Source: a virus
Virus record (IMG/VR): IMGVR_UViG_3300021962_000036
Location: 32,001-96,000 of that record
Reading direction: 5' to 3' (one strand)
Length of the DNA: 64,000 nucleotides
Numbering within the stretch: the stretch's first letter is position 1; each line of letters starts with the position of its first letter. Made by a program: the position numbers and the translations under genes. The notes beneath the pieces were generated by a model that saw nothing but the letters and a program-made list of their open reading frames with translations, was not told where the DNA came from and searched no databases. This document shows, piece by piece, positions 48,901-58,183 of the stretch.

Positions 48901-51553
48901 AGATACACTGGCAACAGTAACATCTCGTGGTAATTCTACATCAACTGCTGTTGTTGTCAATAATACATTAACAGTAAATAACACTTCACACTATGATTCA
49001 ACTCAATTCTCATTAGATGTTAATGGTGGATTGTTAGTAAAGAACTCTGGTAAAGTAGCTCAGTTTGTTTTAATAAACTCAGACCCTGCTTCTGGTGGTA
49101 ATGCTGGATTTGTTGTGCACACTGTTGGTGGTGCAACTACAACTTCATATGTAGATATTCAAGGATATTATGGAGCGTCTATTGCAGGTAGCACTACACT
49201 TAGATTAAATGCGTTAGGTGGTGCTGTCACAATTAATGGAAATACAGCTTATCATGCTGGTAATTTAACCAATCTAAATCAGCTTGCCAATGGACCTGGT
49301 TACATTACATCATATACAGAAACAGATCCAACTGTACCTTCTCATGTAAAATCAATTACTACTACAAATATAAGTAATTGGAATACAGCATTTGGTTGGG
49401 GCAATCATGCAAGTCAAGGATACTTAACAAGTGTTACAAATATTTCAGGATATGCTGGAACTTTAAATAGAGAAGATAATAGAACAATATCTCCTAGTGA
49501 GTTGACAGCTGGCCAAATGAAATTTGGTTTTACATCTTGGAATAATAATAATTCAACTCCTTATGCAGATTTCATACACATGCGTTCTTATACTGACGCT
49601 TCTGGTGGGTCAGATAATCTCATCATGTTTAAGAAGACTGGTATTGGTATGCGTATTTGGCAACAAACTTGGGGTTCTTCTACTGCTTATTCTGGATTTG
49701 TTGATGTATGGACAACTGGAAACTTTACACAAACAGATGTAGATACTTGGAACACTGCATACTCTTGGGGAAATCATACAAGTGGAGGTTATTTAACCTC
49801 TGCAATTGCTGCTACAACATATGTATCTCTTACAGGAAGTTACACAAACCCATCATGGATAACTAATTTAAATTATTCTAAGATTACAGGTGGAACAGCC
49901 TCTCAATTTTTGAAAGCTGATGGTACTGTTGATAGCAACATTTATGCTCTAGATAGTGCTGTAGTCCATTTAACTGGTAATGAAACTGTTGCTGGAGTTA
50001 AAACATTTACAAACACTGGGAATTCTCAAACTAACGGAGTAAGATTTATTAATAACGGTGTTGCTGCAAGTTTCTCATTGTACACTAACAATTCTAATGC
50101 AGGATATGGTGTATGGACAACCAACGGTGGTTCAGGTACAGGTTTATATTCTCAGAACTCAGGTACTGGAAATGCAATTGTTGCAGAAAACGTAGCTCCT
50201 AATGGAATTGCTTTAAAAGCAAGAAATCAGTTTGGTGGTAAAGGGATAGAATTAACCAATGAAGGGGCTGGCTTAGGTTTAATAATTAACAATCTTACTG
50301 CAGCAACTGGAATGCCTTTTAGCATTCAAAAAAATGGTTCTGACAAATTTACTATCAATGACGCAGGAGACGCAACCGCAACTAAATTTGTAAAATCAGG
50401 TGGTACATCCGCTCAATACTTAATGGCAGACGGAACTGTTTCTACAGGTCCTAACTTAGCTGGGTATTTAGCATTAACTGGAGGTACTCTTACAGGTGTG
50501 TTGAATGGTACTAGGCTATCTTTTACACAGTCATCAGCTTTTGATACATTGTATGCTTACAATGGTTCAGTTGGTGCAATAGCTATTAGTGGTGGTGCTG
50601 CTAATGGAACAGGTGGTTATTTTGTCAACAACTCAACTACATATCCTGTACTTAAAGTATTAGGTTTATCTGGCACTACATTAATTGAAGGTAGAAGTAC
50701 TAGTGATGCAATTATATTTTCTGTTACATCTACTGGTATAGTAACTGGTTCTTCTTTTGTTAAAAGTGGTGGTACAGCTGCTCAAATACTTGCAGCTAAC
50801 GGAACTGTTATTACAGCTGGTACAGGAATTACAATTAGTGGAGGAACAATTTCAGCTTCTGCTGTAGGTGGAGTTTCTTCGTTTAATACAAGAACTGGAG
50901 CTATAACATTAACATTAGCAGATGTCACAGGAGCTTTAGGGTACACACCATACAACAGTTCAAATCCATCAAGTTACATAAGTTCATACACTGAAACAGA
51001 TACATTTGCTAGTGTTACAGGTAGAGGAGCTACAACTTCAACTCCAATAACCATAACTGGTACTGAAGGAAGAGAAGTTGCTGTATACATGCCTTCATCA
51101 TATACCACAAATGATTTAGTTTCTGGTCATGAATATGGATGGTATAGTGATCATTGGAGACTTGGAATGACTCGTTCAGGAGCTGCTGCTGGTGCTGATT
51201 TTGTAGTTCAATGGAATGGAGCTAGAAAACTTTCATTAAGTAACGCAGGTGACATCATTGTAACTGGAACTGTTACTGAACAGTCATCAAAAAGATACAA
51301 AGAAAACATTATAGATTTAGAACCAATTTCTGAGAAAGTAAACAAACTTAGACCTGTTAGATATAACAAAATAGGATTTGCAGAACAAGAAATTGGATTA
51401 ATTGCAGAAGAGGTTGGTGAGTTATTTCCAGAATTTGTAAATTACAATGATGCTGGTCAAGCTGAATCACTTAACTATACAAGATTGTCAGTGCTATTAT
51501 TACAGACAGTAAAAGAATTATCAGATAAAATCAAAAAATTAGAAACTAAATAA
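45968..51553 (+). CDS. Long tail fibre with a C-terminal peptidase S74 intramolecular chaperone
   Basis: Gly/Thr/Ser-rich modular repeats; SSKRYKENI..LRPVRY..IGLIAEEV..LNYTRL plus a terminal coiled coil. Confidence 0.85.
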   Translation: MSITLVRKSQIRPLNIIRSDINTTTSGSALITKVIAGTGLTLSSSTGINSGTGDVTIALSIASASVLGGVKIGSGLSIAVDGTISVISTSTTWGSITGNLPSQLDLQTALNAKYNNPTGTTSQYIDGTGAYRSFPTFLSSNSISHEVKAGVAINKGQAVYVTSADGTNMIVGLASNSSEATSSKTMGLLDATVSTNGFARVVTEGLLAGLNTNGANAGDPVWLGTGGNLIYGLANKPYAPAHLVFIGIVTRANSSNGEIFIKVQNGFEFGELHDYVQNGVQDNFVISYEASTSLYKPKSIATLLGYTAANDANVVHKTGAESIAGVKTFSDTTQSTSVSSGAVVVSGGVGITKNLYVGGDINISGNLTIGGTNTIINAQNLSVSDNMIYLNNGIETTITNVVANGTTIVYTTQQVHNYSIGMVVTISGVTPAGFNLNNQAITAVGTNSFTIASSVTGSYVSGGTARAKSSANPDLGFAGGYNDGTYGHAGLFRDATDNVWKFFKGYTPEPDASPFIDTSHASFAYADLRAFNITGNSFVKVGGTSSQFLKADGSIDSSTYATTSQLHNAVTIGTANGLSLSTQVLSLGLASGSATGALSSGDWTTFNNKQAALNGTGFVKISGTTISYDNSVYQLASTAITTTNIGSQSVSYATTAGSATVLQTARNINGTSFNGSADITTANWGTARTITIGGTGKSINGSANVSWTLAEIQAEYEVPLNTLRTNLGSPTVREAALFHGQFNNKFRFIVPTLQEESTDGTTWVTSTRASASVLGDMMIGEGQGTSFNAIPTGTVGTYGAYRLTWNVVGSTGYVFLNALYIYNSTNGNNVTVTIEAFHNTNGWQVITGPHTTNNWPGHSYIPHSNIPYSNSAAQYSQVRVTFTTTHNANTNAFNINGIEWFGGYPQGRRNAESYDRLKNVTFPAAITGTNIIKSGGTSSQFLKADGSVDSSAYITSSALTGYATQSWVTSQGYLSAEIDTLATVTSRGNSTSTAVVVNNTLTVNNTSHYDSTQFSLDVNGGLLVKNSGKVAQFVLINSDPASGGNAGFVVHTVGGATTTSYVDIQGYYGASIAGSTTLRLNALGGAVTINGNTAYHAGNLTNLNQLANGPGYITSYTETDPTVPSHVKSITTTNISNWNTAFGWGNHASQGYLTSVTNISGYAGTLNREDNRTISPSELTAGQMKFGFTSWNNNNSTPYADFIHMRSYTDASGGSDNLIMFKKTGIGMRIWQQTWGSSTAYSGFVDVWTTGNFTQTDVDTWNTAYSWGNHTSGGYLTSAIAATTYVSLTGSYTNPSWITNLNYSKITGGTASQFLKADGTVDSNIYALDSAVVHLTGNETVAGVKTFTNTGNSQTNGVRFINNGVAASFSLYTNNSNAGYGVWTTNGGSGTGLYSQNSGTGNAIVAENVAPNGIALKARNQFGGKGIELTNEGAGLGLIINNLTAATGMPFSIQKNGSDKFTINDAGDATATKFVKSGGTSAQYLMADGTVSTGPNLAGYLALTGGTLTGVLNGTRLSFTQSSAFDTLYAYNGSVGAIAISGGAANGTGGYFVNNSTTYPVLKVLGLSGTTLIEGRSTSDAIIFSVTSTGIVTGSSFVKSGGTAAQILAANGTVITAGTGITISGGTISASAVGGVSSFNTRTGAITLTLADVTGALGYTPYNSSNPSSYISSYTETDTFASVTGRGATTSTPITITGTEGREVAVYMPSSYTTNDLVSGHEYGWYSDHWRLGMTRSGAAAGADFVVQWNGARKLSLSNAGDIIVTGTVTEQSSKRYKENIIDLEPISEKVNKLRPVRYNKIGFAEQEIGLIAEEVGELFPEFVNYNDAGQAESLNYTRLSVLLLQTVKELSDKIKKLETK

Positions 51554-51554
51554 T

Positions 51555-54500
51555 ATGGCTACTTTATTAATTGGTACAACAATAGGTGGGTATGCTGCCA
51601 TACATGCTGGAAACATTGCTTCTCAGTCAGTTAATTATGCCAATACTTCAGGGTCCACAACAGGTAATGCTGCAACAGTTTCAAGTATAACTGCTAACAC
51701 TGGATTATTGAGGGATAGGCTTGCAGCGTCTGCTGTAATAGATGGACTTACTGCATCTAACTTTAGAACTACTTTATTTGGATCTACTACTAGTGGTTAT
51801 CAAATATCAACAGCAAGATGGAACACTGTTCCAGCACCTTTATCAGGCATTAACTCTTATGGCACAATGATAGCTTGGGCTGGCTCTGACACTCATGGTT
51901 TTTTAGCTGTAAATTATAATGATGCAGGAGCAATAATAGGTGGAGGTAATGGTGATCTTATTAGCTGGAGTAAAAAATTAGCATTTGCAGATGGTACTTC
52001 CGCTTCAGGAACATGGGGAATAAACATAACTGGTAACGCATCTTCAGTAAATACTACTTACGTAACAACAAATGCTGAGTACTATTTAACTTTTGTAGAC
52101 GCAAACAATGGTTCACCATCAGCTGAATTTCTTTATACAATTGGTACAATAAAAGTAAACCCTAGTACTGGAAATTTAACAGCAGCAACTTTTACAGGCG
52201 CTGGTACAGGATTGACAGGAACAGCAGCATCATTAAATATTGGTGGTAATGCAGGTACTGCAACAACTCTTCAAACAGCTAGAACAATCAATGGTGCATC
52301 TTTTAATGGGTCTGCTAACATAGTTGCTACAGAAAGAATACATTCTGATAGAGATTTTCCTAATGGAACATTAATAACAACAAGTATAGACTATTCTGTT
52401 ACTAATGGTGACCCTTTTATTTTAGAAATAACAGGTAATAGTTATGGTAATATCATACCACTTGACTTACAAGTTCAAGGGTATATTTATTCTAATACTA
52501 TTATAAACGTAGGTGGTTTAAGTAATGGTAGAAACATAACAGGACTAGTTGCGTTAAATGTTGGTGGTAATTTATGTTTCTGGTTTCCTAGTCAAGGTTA
52601 CTGGAATGGTTATAATGTTAAAGCATACACTGCATATGCAACAAGAGCTGTTAACAAAGTAACGTCTATAACAGGGCAAGCAAAACCATCTGGTACAAAA
52701 GAGGTTGATTTGTCATCGCAAATTAGACAATCATTACATTCTGATAATTATACATCATATGCCGTACCTACAACTAGAACAATAACTATTAATGGTACTA
52801 CATTAGATTTATCAGCTAACAGAAGTTGGACTATTACAGCTAATGCTGTTGAAACAGATACTCTGGCAACTGTAACAGCTAGAGGAAACACAACAACAAC
52901 CTCAATAAGAGCAGAAAGATATATAGGTAATAATAGTTTAATATTAAATTCTTATACAACGGTTAATCCAGCGTCCAATGTATTTTTATATAGTCAACCT
53001 AATGACAGGGATTCTTGGCTATATTTAGATAGTGCTGATACAGGAAGTAACTGGGGTATATACCATAGACAAATTGATTCTGCTGTTTCAGGATTAGAAG
53101 GTAATGCAATTGGATTTATTGGTGGAGGAAATAGTGCATTAAAAGCATTTATAGGACTATCAACAGGTAATGGATATTTTGCAGGTACATTGAATGCTGT
53201 AACATTACAGCAAAATGGAACAGCAGTTGTAACAAATAACGGTGGAGTTTGGGGTATAAATATTACAGGTTCATCTTCATCAGCTAATAGTGCAACTTAT
53301 GCTAATTACTTACCAACAGCTTATGCAGGAGGTCAACAGACTAATCCTCAAGTATATTTCAATAATGGTATTGGAGTAAAAGCTGCTATGACAGGAGCTT
53401 GGTCAGTATGGTCTGATACTCTTTGGATTAATGGTTATTCTGGTTCTGATGTAAAACAAATGTGTGCATTGCATACATTAAGAAATGGTACACCAAGAAT
53501 GGCTATTAGTGTTCAAGCACATGATGCAACATCTTACGGTACATTTTATGAATTTATTACAGCATACAATATTGCATCTCAAACTGTTGCTTCTGCAGGT
53601 AATGCAACAACAGCAGGTGGGTTAGCAGTACATGGTGGAAGAAACAATGAGGTTAATAAAATTGTCAGAACAGACGCTAATGGTTATATTCAAGCAGGTT
53701 GGATTAACACAACTTCAGGTTCTTTTGGAAGTGCTATAAATAAAATATACTGTTCTGATGACGACTATATGCGTTATCAAACTCCAGCAAGTTTTATATC
53801 AAACTTAGGTTTAATTACTACTTCTAGTATAGGTTCTCAATCTGTAAACTATGCGTCTAGCGCAGGTTCTGTAGCATGGGGTAACGTTTCCAGTAGACCT
53901 TCTTGGATGACAAGTGCTTCTTTAATAGCAAGCCATTCAAATGCAAATGAGTGGAGAAACTCTGGATTCTATGAAAATGATGGTGGTGGATCAAATTGGC
54001 CTAGTGGAACATGGTATAATTCAATAAACGTAAGACATAGTAATCAAGGTAACTATCATGGATTCCAAGTAGCAATGAGTTACTATGACAATCTATTATG
54101 GTTTAGAAGTTATCAAGGTTCTGGTACTTTTCAATCATGGGCATATGCAATATCAAATCAAAATATTGGTTCACAATCTGTTGCGTATGCATCTAACGCA
54201 GGAACTTTAAGTGGTTATGCATGGGATTCTGCTGGTAAAGTGATTCGTGGTTCTGATATTTATGCTGATAGTTGGTTAAGAAACTATAATATTAACACAG
54301 GTCTTTATAATCAAGCTACAGGAACGCACTTTTATTCAAATTCTTCTGAAGGTTTTGCAATAACTGGTTCAGGTGGAATTGTACAATTACAATTTAGAAG
54401 TAATCATCAGAGTACCTTAAGAGGATATGTTTATGGAGATACTTCATCAAACTTTGGTTTATTAAATGATCAAGGTGGATGGTCAGTACGTTGTTATGCA

Positions 54501-54842
54501 GGTACTGGTTATGGTGGTGCTTTGACAGGATCATGGACTGCTTCTGGTGACTTGATTGCATATTCTGATGCACGTGTTAAAACAGATGTATCTACTATAG
54601 AAAATGCTTTAGAAAAAGTATTATCTTTGAGAGGTGTTACATATGTACGTACAGATGGAGAAGATCATTCTCAAAAAATTGGTGTAATTGCACAAGAGGT
54701 TCAAAAAATATTACCTCAAGTAGTACATGAACAACAAGACGGAATGCTTGGTGTATCATATGGAAATATAGTTGGAGTTCTGATTGAAGCAATCAAAGAA
54801 CAACAAAAAGAGATTGAGGAACTTAAAGCAAAACTAAACTAA
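51555..54842 (+). CDS. Second tail fibre with a C-terminal peptidase S74 chaperone
   Basis: YSDARVKTDV..LRGVTY..IGVIAQEV..VSYGNIVGVLIEAIKEQQ; repeated WGINITG and SQSVxYA modules. Confidence 0.85.
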   Translation: MATLLIGTTIGGYAAIHAGNIASQSVNYANTSGSTTGNAATVSSITANTGLLRDRLAASAVIDGLTASNFRTTLFGSTTSGYQISTARWNTVPAPLSGINSYGTMIAWAGSDTHGFLAVNYNDAGAIIGGGNGDLISWSKKLAFADGTSASGTWGINITGNASSVNTTYVTTNAEYYLTFVDANNGSPSAEFLYTIGTIKVNPSTGNLTAATFTGAGTGLTGTAASLNIGGNAGTATTLQTARTINGASFNGSANIVATERIHSDRDFPNGTLITTSIDYSVTNGDPFILEITGNSYGNIIPLDLQVQGYIYSNTIINVGGLSNGRNITGLVALNVGGNLCFWFPSQGYWNGYNVKAYTAYATRAVNKVTSITGQAKPSGTKEVDLSSQIRQSLHSDNYTSYAVPTTRTITINGTTLDLSANRSWTITANAVETDTLATVTARGNTTTTSIRAERYIGNNSLILNSYTTVNPASNVFLYSQPNDRDSWLYLDSADTGSNWGIYHRQIDSAVSGLEGNAIGFIGGGNSALKAFIGLSTGNGYFAGTLNAVTLQQNGTAVVTNNGGVWGINITGSSSSANSATYANYLPTAYAGGQQTNPQVYFNNGIGVKAAMTGAWSVWSDTLWINGYSGSDVKQMCALHTLRNGTPRMAISVQAHDATSYGTFYEFITAYNIASQTVASAGNATTAGGLAVHGGRNNEVNKIVRTDANGYIQAGWINTTSGSFGSAINKIYCSDDDYMRYQTPASFISNLGLITTSSIGSQSVNYASSAGSVAWGNVSSRPSWMTSASLIASHSNANEWRNSGFYENDGGGSNWPSGTWYNSINVRHSNQGNYHGFQVAMSYYDNLLWFRSYQGSGTFQSWAYAISNQNIGSQSVAYASNAGTLSGYAWDSAGKVIRGSDIYADSWLRNYNINTGLYNQATGTHFYSNSSEGFAITGSGGIVQLQFRSNHQSTLRGYVYGDTSSNFGLLNDQGGWSVRCYAGTGYGGALTGSWTASGDLIAYSDARVKTDVSTIENALEKVLSLRGVTYVRTDGEDHSQKIGVIAQEVQKILPQVVHEQQDGMLGVSYGNIVGVLIEAIKEQQKEIEELKAKLN

Positions 54843-54843
54843 C

Positions 54844-55773
54844 ATGCCAATAGGAAGTGGATCAGTTGCTGCAACAGGTATAAATATGGAGTTAGGTAGA
54901 TCATCTAACTCTAACTTATCTATTGATGCTGCAGAAAATGGAGGATATGGTGCTATAAACACTTGTAGTCCATCATATCCAAGTGGGTCAAATCCTGCAT
55001 CTTTTAGTGAATGGAGAAATTATAATCATGGATTTGCGTGTTGTAATGCTCCTTCTATATCTGCTGGTAACGTAGGTTCTGGTAGTGTAGGTGTTTCAAT
55101 AAGTTATTCTAACTGTTCTTCTATGCATTTTGAGTACAGCTCAAACTATGGAAGTAGCTGGAGTACAAACTCTGGAGGATGTACTTCTTTTTGGACACAA
55201 AGTGGTTTGGCATCTAGTACAACGTATTTAATCAGAGTAAGAATAATATGCGCAAGCACAGGTGGTTATTCAGGATATTCTAACACAATATCAATGACCA
55301 CTTCTGGAAGTTATCCTGCATATGGTACATACTTGTCACAATATTGTTCAGGGTGTACATTATACTATAGATATGCAAATGGATCTGGAGGTACGTATGA
55401 TGTAAGTCAAGGATGTACTACTGCATGTGGTGGATGCTGCTGTGCTCCTGCATATGGAACATATCAGTATGCTGGTTGTTCTGGTTGTGATTATAACTAT
55501 TATTATGCAGATGGATGTTATGGAGTATATGCTTCTTTAATAGAATCAAATTCAACAAGTTGTGGATGTGGTGGCGGAGGAGGAGCGTGTTTTTTTGCGT
55601 ATTCTGATGGAAGTGGACGTATGAGAGGGGCATACTGCGATGGTTCTATTTATTCTGGTTTCTCTTTTAGTTATGGAGAACCTACAGGAGCGTGTATAAA
55701 TTTTGATCAAGGTACTGTTGGACTATATCACGAAGGTCAATCTTGTAGTCCTGGTGAACTAATGCCATTTTAA
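54844..55773 (+). CDS. Cys/Gly/Ser-rich fibre-tip protein with an FN3 domain
   Basis: GLASSTTYLIRVR FN3 motif; two PAYGTY..CSGC..YYxYAxG repeats. Confidence 0.65.
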   Translation: MPIGSGSVAATGINMELGRSSNSNLSIDAAENGGYGAINTCSPSYPSGSNPASFSEWRNYNHGFACCNAPSISAGNVGSGSVGVSISYSNCSSMHFEYSSNYGSSWSTNSGGCTSFWTQSGLASSTTYLIRVRIICASTGGYSGYSNTISMTTSGSYPAYGTYLSQYCSGCTLYYRYANGSGGTYDVSQGCTTACGGCCCAPAYGTYQYAGCSGCDYNYYYADGCYGVYASLIESNSTSCGCGGGGGACFFAYSDGSGRMRGAYCDGSIYSGFSFSYGEPTGACINFDQGTVGLYHEGQSCSPGELMPF

Positions 55774-55784
55774 AACATAAAATT

Positions 55785-56039
55785 ATGACAAACTTAAACT
55801 CATATACTATTGAAAATCACCTATATAGGATAGGTGATGAATATTTATTTGGTAGAGACCAACTAAAAATAGAATCTATAATCAGTGTTATAGACACAGT
55901 TTTCTTTTTTTGTAGTAAAAAAGAAAGTAAATTTACAATCAGAATTACCACAAATAGGACAGTTGCATCTGATATTATGCCTATAAATGCAATGGTGTTT
56001 CACCATAATATTAAGGCAATCCTTGAAGAACAGCAATAA
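55785..56039 (+). CDS. Hypothetical protein
   Basis: 84-aa ORF in operon context with an A-rich leader. Confidence 0.55.
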   Translation: MTNLNSYTIENHLYRIGDEYLFGRDQLKIESIISVIDTVFFFCSKKESKFTIRITTNRTVASDIMPINAMVFHHNIKAILEEQQ

Positions 56040-56062
56040 TTTGCTTATTTGATAGACTTTTT

Positions 56063-56080
56063 GTATATTATTAATGTAGA
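56063..56080 (+). promoter_or_regulatory. Putative phage promoter motif, copy 4
   Basis: GTATATTATTAATGTAGA, intergenic before 56104. Confidence 0.5.
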
Positions 56081-56103
56081 AATTAACTTAAAAAACATAA
56101 AAA

Positions 56104-56622
56104 ATGGCACTAAAAATCACATCTGAAATTGGTACAGATCAAGGAATTACCAGTGAAGCGTATGTTCGTATTGTAAATTACAATATCAACAAAACTGGTA
56201 GCGCAAACTTTGCGTTACAAATTTTTAATTCAGAAGCTGAGGCAACTGCTTTATCAGCAGGATCTCCACTTGTAGGATCTTTTCAAAATGGCATTGCTAA
56301 AAATGTTCAAATTGGAGATAACTTTAGCATTGGTTTGACAAAAGAAGTAACTGAGACTATCACTGTACAACGTAGTATCCCAACAGAAGTTGAGGTTACT
56401 GAAGAAGTTATTGTACCTGGAGTAGATAGTTCTGAGTCAACTATTGAAACTATTACAAAAACTGTTATTCAATCTGTATTGACAGATGTTCAAGAAGAAA
56501 GAGTAGTAGTAGTACCTGATTTGTCTTCTTTAGCAGAAGTTGATATCTTTACATTTGCTTATGGTAAATTAAAAGAAAAATTAGAAGCTGCTTTTGGAGA
56601 AGGAAACGTTATTGATTGCTAA
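56104..56622 (+). CDS. Hypothetical protein, tail-fibre associated
   Basis: 172-aa ORF with an acidic Val/Thr/Glu-rich central segment. Confidence 0.65.
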   Translation: MALKITSEIGTDQGITSEAYVRIVNYNINKTGSANFALQIFNSEAEATALSAGSPLVGSFQNGIAKNVQIGDNFSIGLTKEVTETITVQRSIPTEVEVTEEVIVPGVDSSESTIETITKTVIQSVLTDVQEERVVVVPDLSSLAEVDIFTFAYGKLKEKLEAAFGEGNVIDC

Positions 56623-56625
56623 CAT

Positions 56626-56775
56626 ATGGCAGCTAAAAAAGGTGGTGCAGTTAACTCTGTGGTACACAAAGTTAAGCCCAAAATAAAAAGACCAGGTGTT
56701 CATTCTAAAAATAAACATTCTGTTGGCAAAAACTCAAAAAATTATGTAAAGCCTTACAGAGGTCAAGGTAGATAA
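56626..56775 (+). CDS. Small basic protein ending YRGQGR (49 aa, not in ORF track)
   Basis: Own translation MAAKKGGAVNSVVHKVKPKIKRPGVHSKNKHSVGKNSKNYVKPYRGQGR; fills the gap 3 nt after the upstream stop. Confidence 0.75.
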   Translation: MAAKKGGAVNSVVHKVKPKIKRPGVHSKNKHSVGKNSKNYVKPYRGQGR

Positions 56776-56776
56776 A

Positions 56777-56807
56777 TTTGCATTTATCAAACATTTGACT
56801 ATCTTTG
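56777..56807 (+). promoter_or_regulatory. Bacteroidota sigma-A promoter (-33/-7)
   Basis: TTTG-N19-TATCTTTG, an exact match to the TTTG/TAnnTTTG consensus, 30 nt upstream of the ATG at 56838. Confidence 0.75.
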
Positions 56808-56837
56808 TAAAGACTTTTAATATTAAAAAATCAACTT

Positions 56838-57275
56838 ATGGCAGAATCAACTAAAATCAAATTCAATGTTGCAGAGATCTTAACATTGGATGCGGAACTT
56901 AATGGAACTGAGAAGTTTCAGGGATTGTTATCCCAAAAAATGGGACTGGCAATAAAGTATCAACTTACTAAAATTGCTAAAATTACTGGTGAAGAAAAAG
57001 AAACATTTGAAAAAATGCGTCTTGATCTTATTAAAGAACTAGGTGTAGAAAAAGATGGTCAGATTTCTATTCCAGAAATTGAAACTATCAAAGGTGAAAA
57101 TGGTGAAGCAGACAAAGTTCAGTTACACCCTAACTACATTAAATTTAGAGAACAGCTTGAAGAGTTGTTTGTTCAAGAAAAAGAACTTGATCAACCAAGT
57201 TTTAAAATTGAAGACTTTAGTGAATTAGAAACTGAAGGAAACTTCCCTGCATTTTTTAAGTTGCTTGGATTATAA
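56838..57275 (+). CDS. Hypothetical helical protein (DUF1617-like)
   Basis: YQLTKIAK..EKETFEKMRLDLIKELG..FREQLEELF pattern resembles phage proteins found after tail fibres. Confidence 0.55.
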   Translation: MAESTKIKFNVAEILTLDAELNGTEKFQGLLSQKMGLAIKYQLTKIAKITGEEKETFEKMRLDLIKELGVEKDGQISIPEIETIKGENGEADKVQLHPNYIKFREQLEELFVQEKELDQPSFKIEDFSELETEGNFPAFFKLLGL

Positions 57276-57299
57276 TAGTAGATTTGTTTGTAGTAATTT

Positions 57300-57331
57300 A
57301 AAAGGGCCCTGTTTTGCAAGGCCCTTTTTTT
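57300..57331. terminator. Bidirectional intrinsic terminator between convergent operons
   Basis: AAAAGGGCC..GGCCCTTTTTTT with A- and T-tracts on both sides. Confidence 0.85.
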
Positions 57332-57479
57332 ATTTACTTTCTTCAGCTTTAAACTTATTGAGATAGTTGTGAATTGTTTTTGATGTAACTCCTAGTTCTT
57401 TTGCAGCTTTTGTTTTACTATTGTTATGCTTTATAAGAGCTTTTTTAATCATCTCTTCTCTTAGCTCTAACAGTGTCAT
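57330..57479 (-). CDS. Stand-alone Fis-type HTH protein (49 aa, not in ORF track)
   Basis: Own translation MTLLELREEMIKKALIKHNNSKTKAAKELGVTSKTIHNYLNKFKAEESK matches the HTH_8 pattern; ATGA overlap with the thyX stop. Confidence 0.8.
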   Translation of the reverse strand: MTLLELREEMIKKALIKHNNSKTKAAKELGVTSKTIHNYLNKFKAEESK

Positions 57480-58183
57480 AATTCAAATGCTTTAATAGTT
57501 TTCTCAAAAGGATTACCTGGAATATCTTTTACAATCTGCAACATCTGCTGCGCTAATTCTCTAACTTCTTTTTGAGCGTGTTCTGAATTACGTAGTTTTA
57601 AAAAGTGAGCAAAACTTCTCCAGTTAAACATTATATCCATAGTAATTTGTGAATTAAAAGTCTTAAAGAATCTTGCAGACTCTTTTGCACGTTTACGTCC
57701 TATCAATGGCGTTAGATCTGTTAAGGCGTTATGGTAAAGGTAGTTGCCAATTTCTGTGTAGTCTTGCAGTAAAGAAGCCCAATCAGTTCCTTTTTTCCAA
57801 GACAATTCTCCTCCTTCTTCATTTCCATTTGAGTCTTCGTCATGAATAAACAATTCTTCAGATGTTTTTAAGCCTTTCCAATCTTCTGGAATATAAAACT
57901 TATCTTCCTTAAGTTCTTTGTATCTGGCAGACTCACCGTTGATACTTACACCAACGCGATGCTTTAATAAATGTATGTGTGTAGCTTGATCTACAGTCAC
58001 AAGAAAATGCAATGATGATTTTTCAAAAGGAGTATGATGTCCTTCAGAAGCAAGCATTGCTAATAGTTTGCCAACTCTTTCTAGTTTGTCTTCTGACAAA
58101 TCTCTGGAAGTACTGGTCCATGCTGATTGTGCATGAACCAGATCTGTTCCATAGTATCCTAATAATTCTACTTTGTTATCCAT
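57476..58183 (-). CDS. thyX: Flavin-dependent thymidylate synthase
   Basis: GHHTPFE, KHRVGVSINGESARY (ThyX motif variant), KESAR, NWRSFAHFLKLR..HAQKEVR. Confidence 0.92.
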   Translation of the reverse strand: MDNKVELLGYYGTDLVHAQSAWTSTSRDLSEDKLERVGKLLAMLASEGHHTPFEKSSLHFLVTVDQATHIHLLKHRVGVSINGESARYKELKEDKFYIPEDWKGLKTSEELFIHDEDSNGNEEGGELSWKKGTDWASLLQDYTEIGNYLYHNALTDLTPLIGRKRAKESARFFKTFNSQITMDIMFNWRSFAHFLKLRNSEHAQKEVRELAQQMLQIVKDIPGNPFEKTIKAFEL

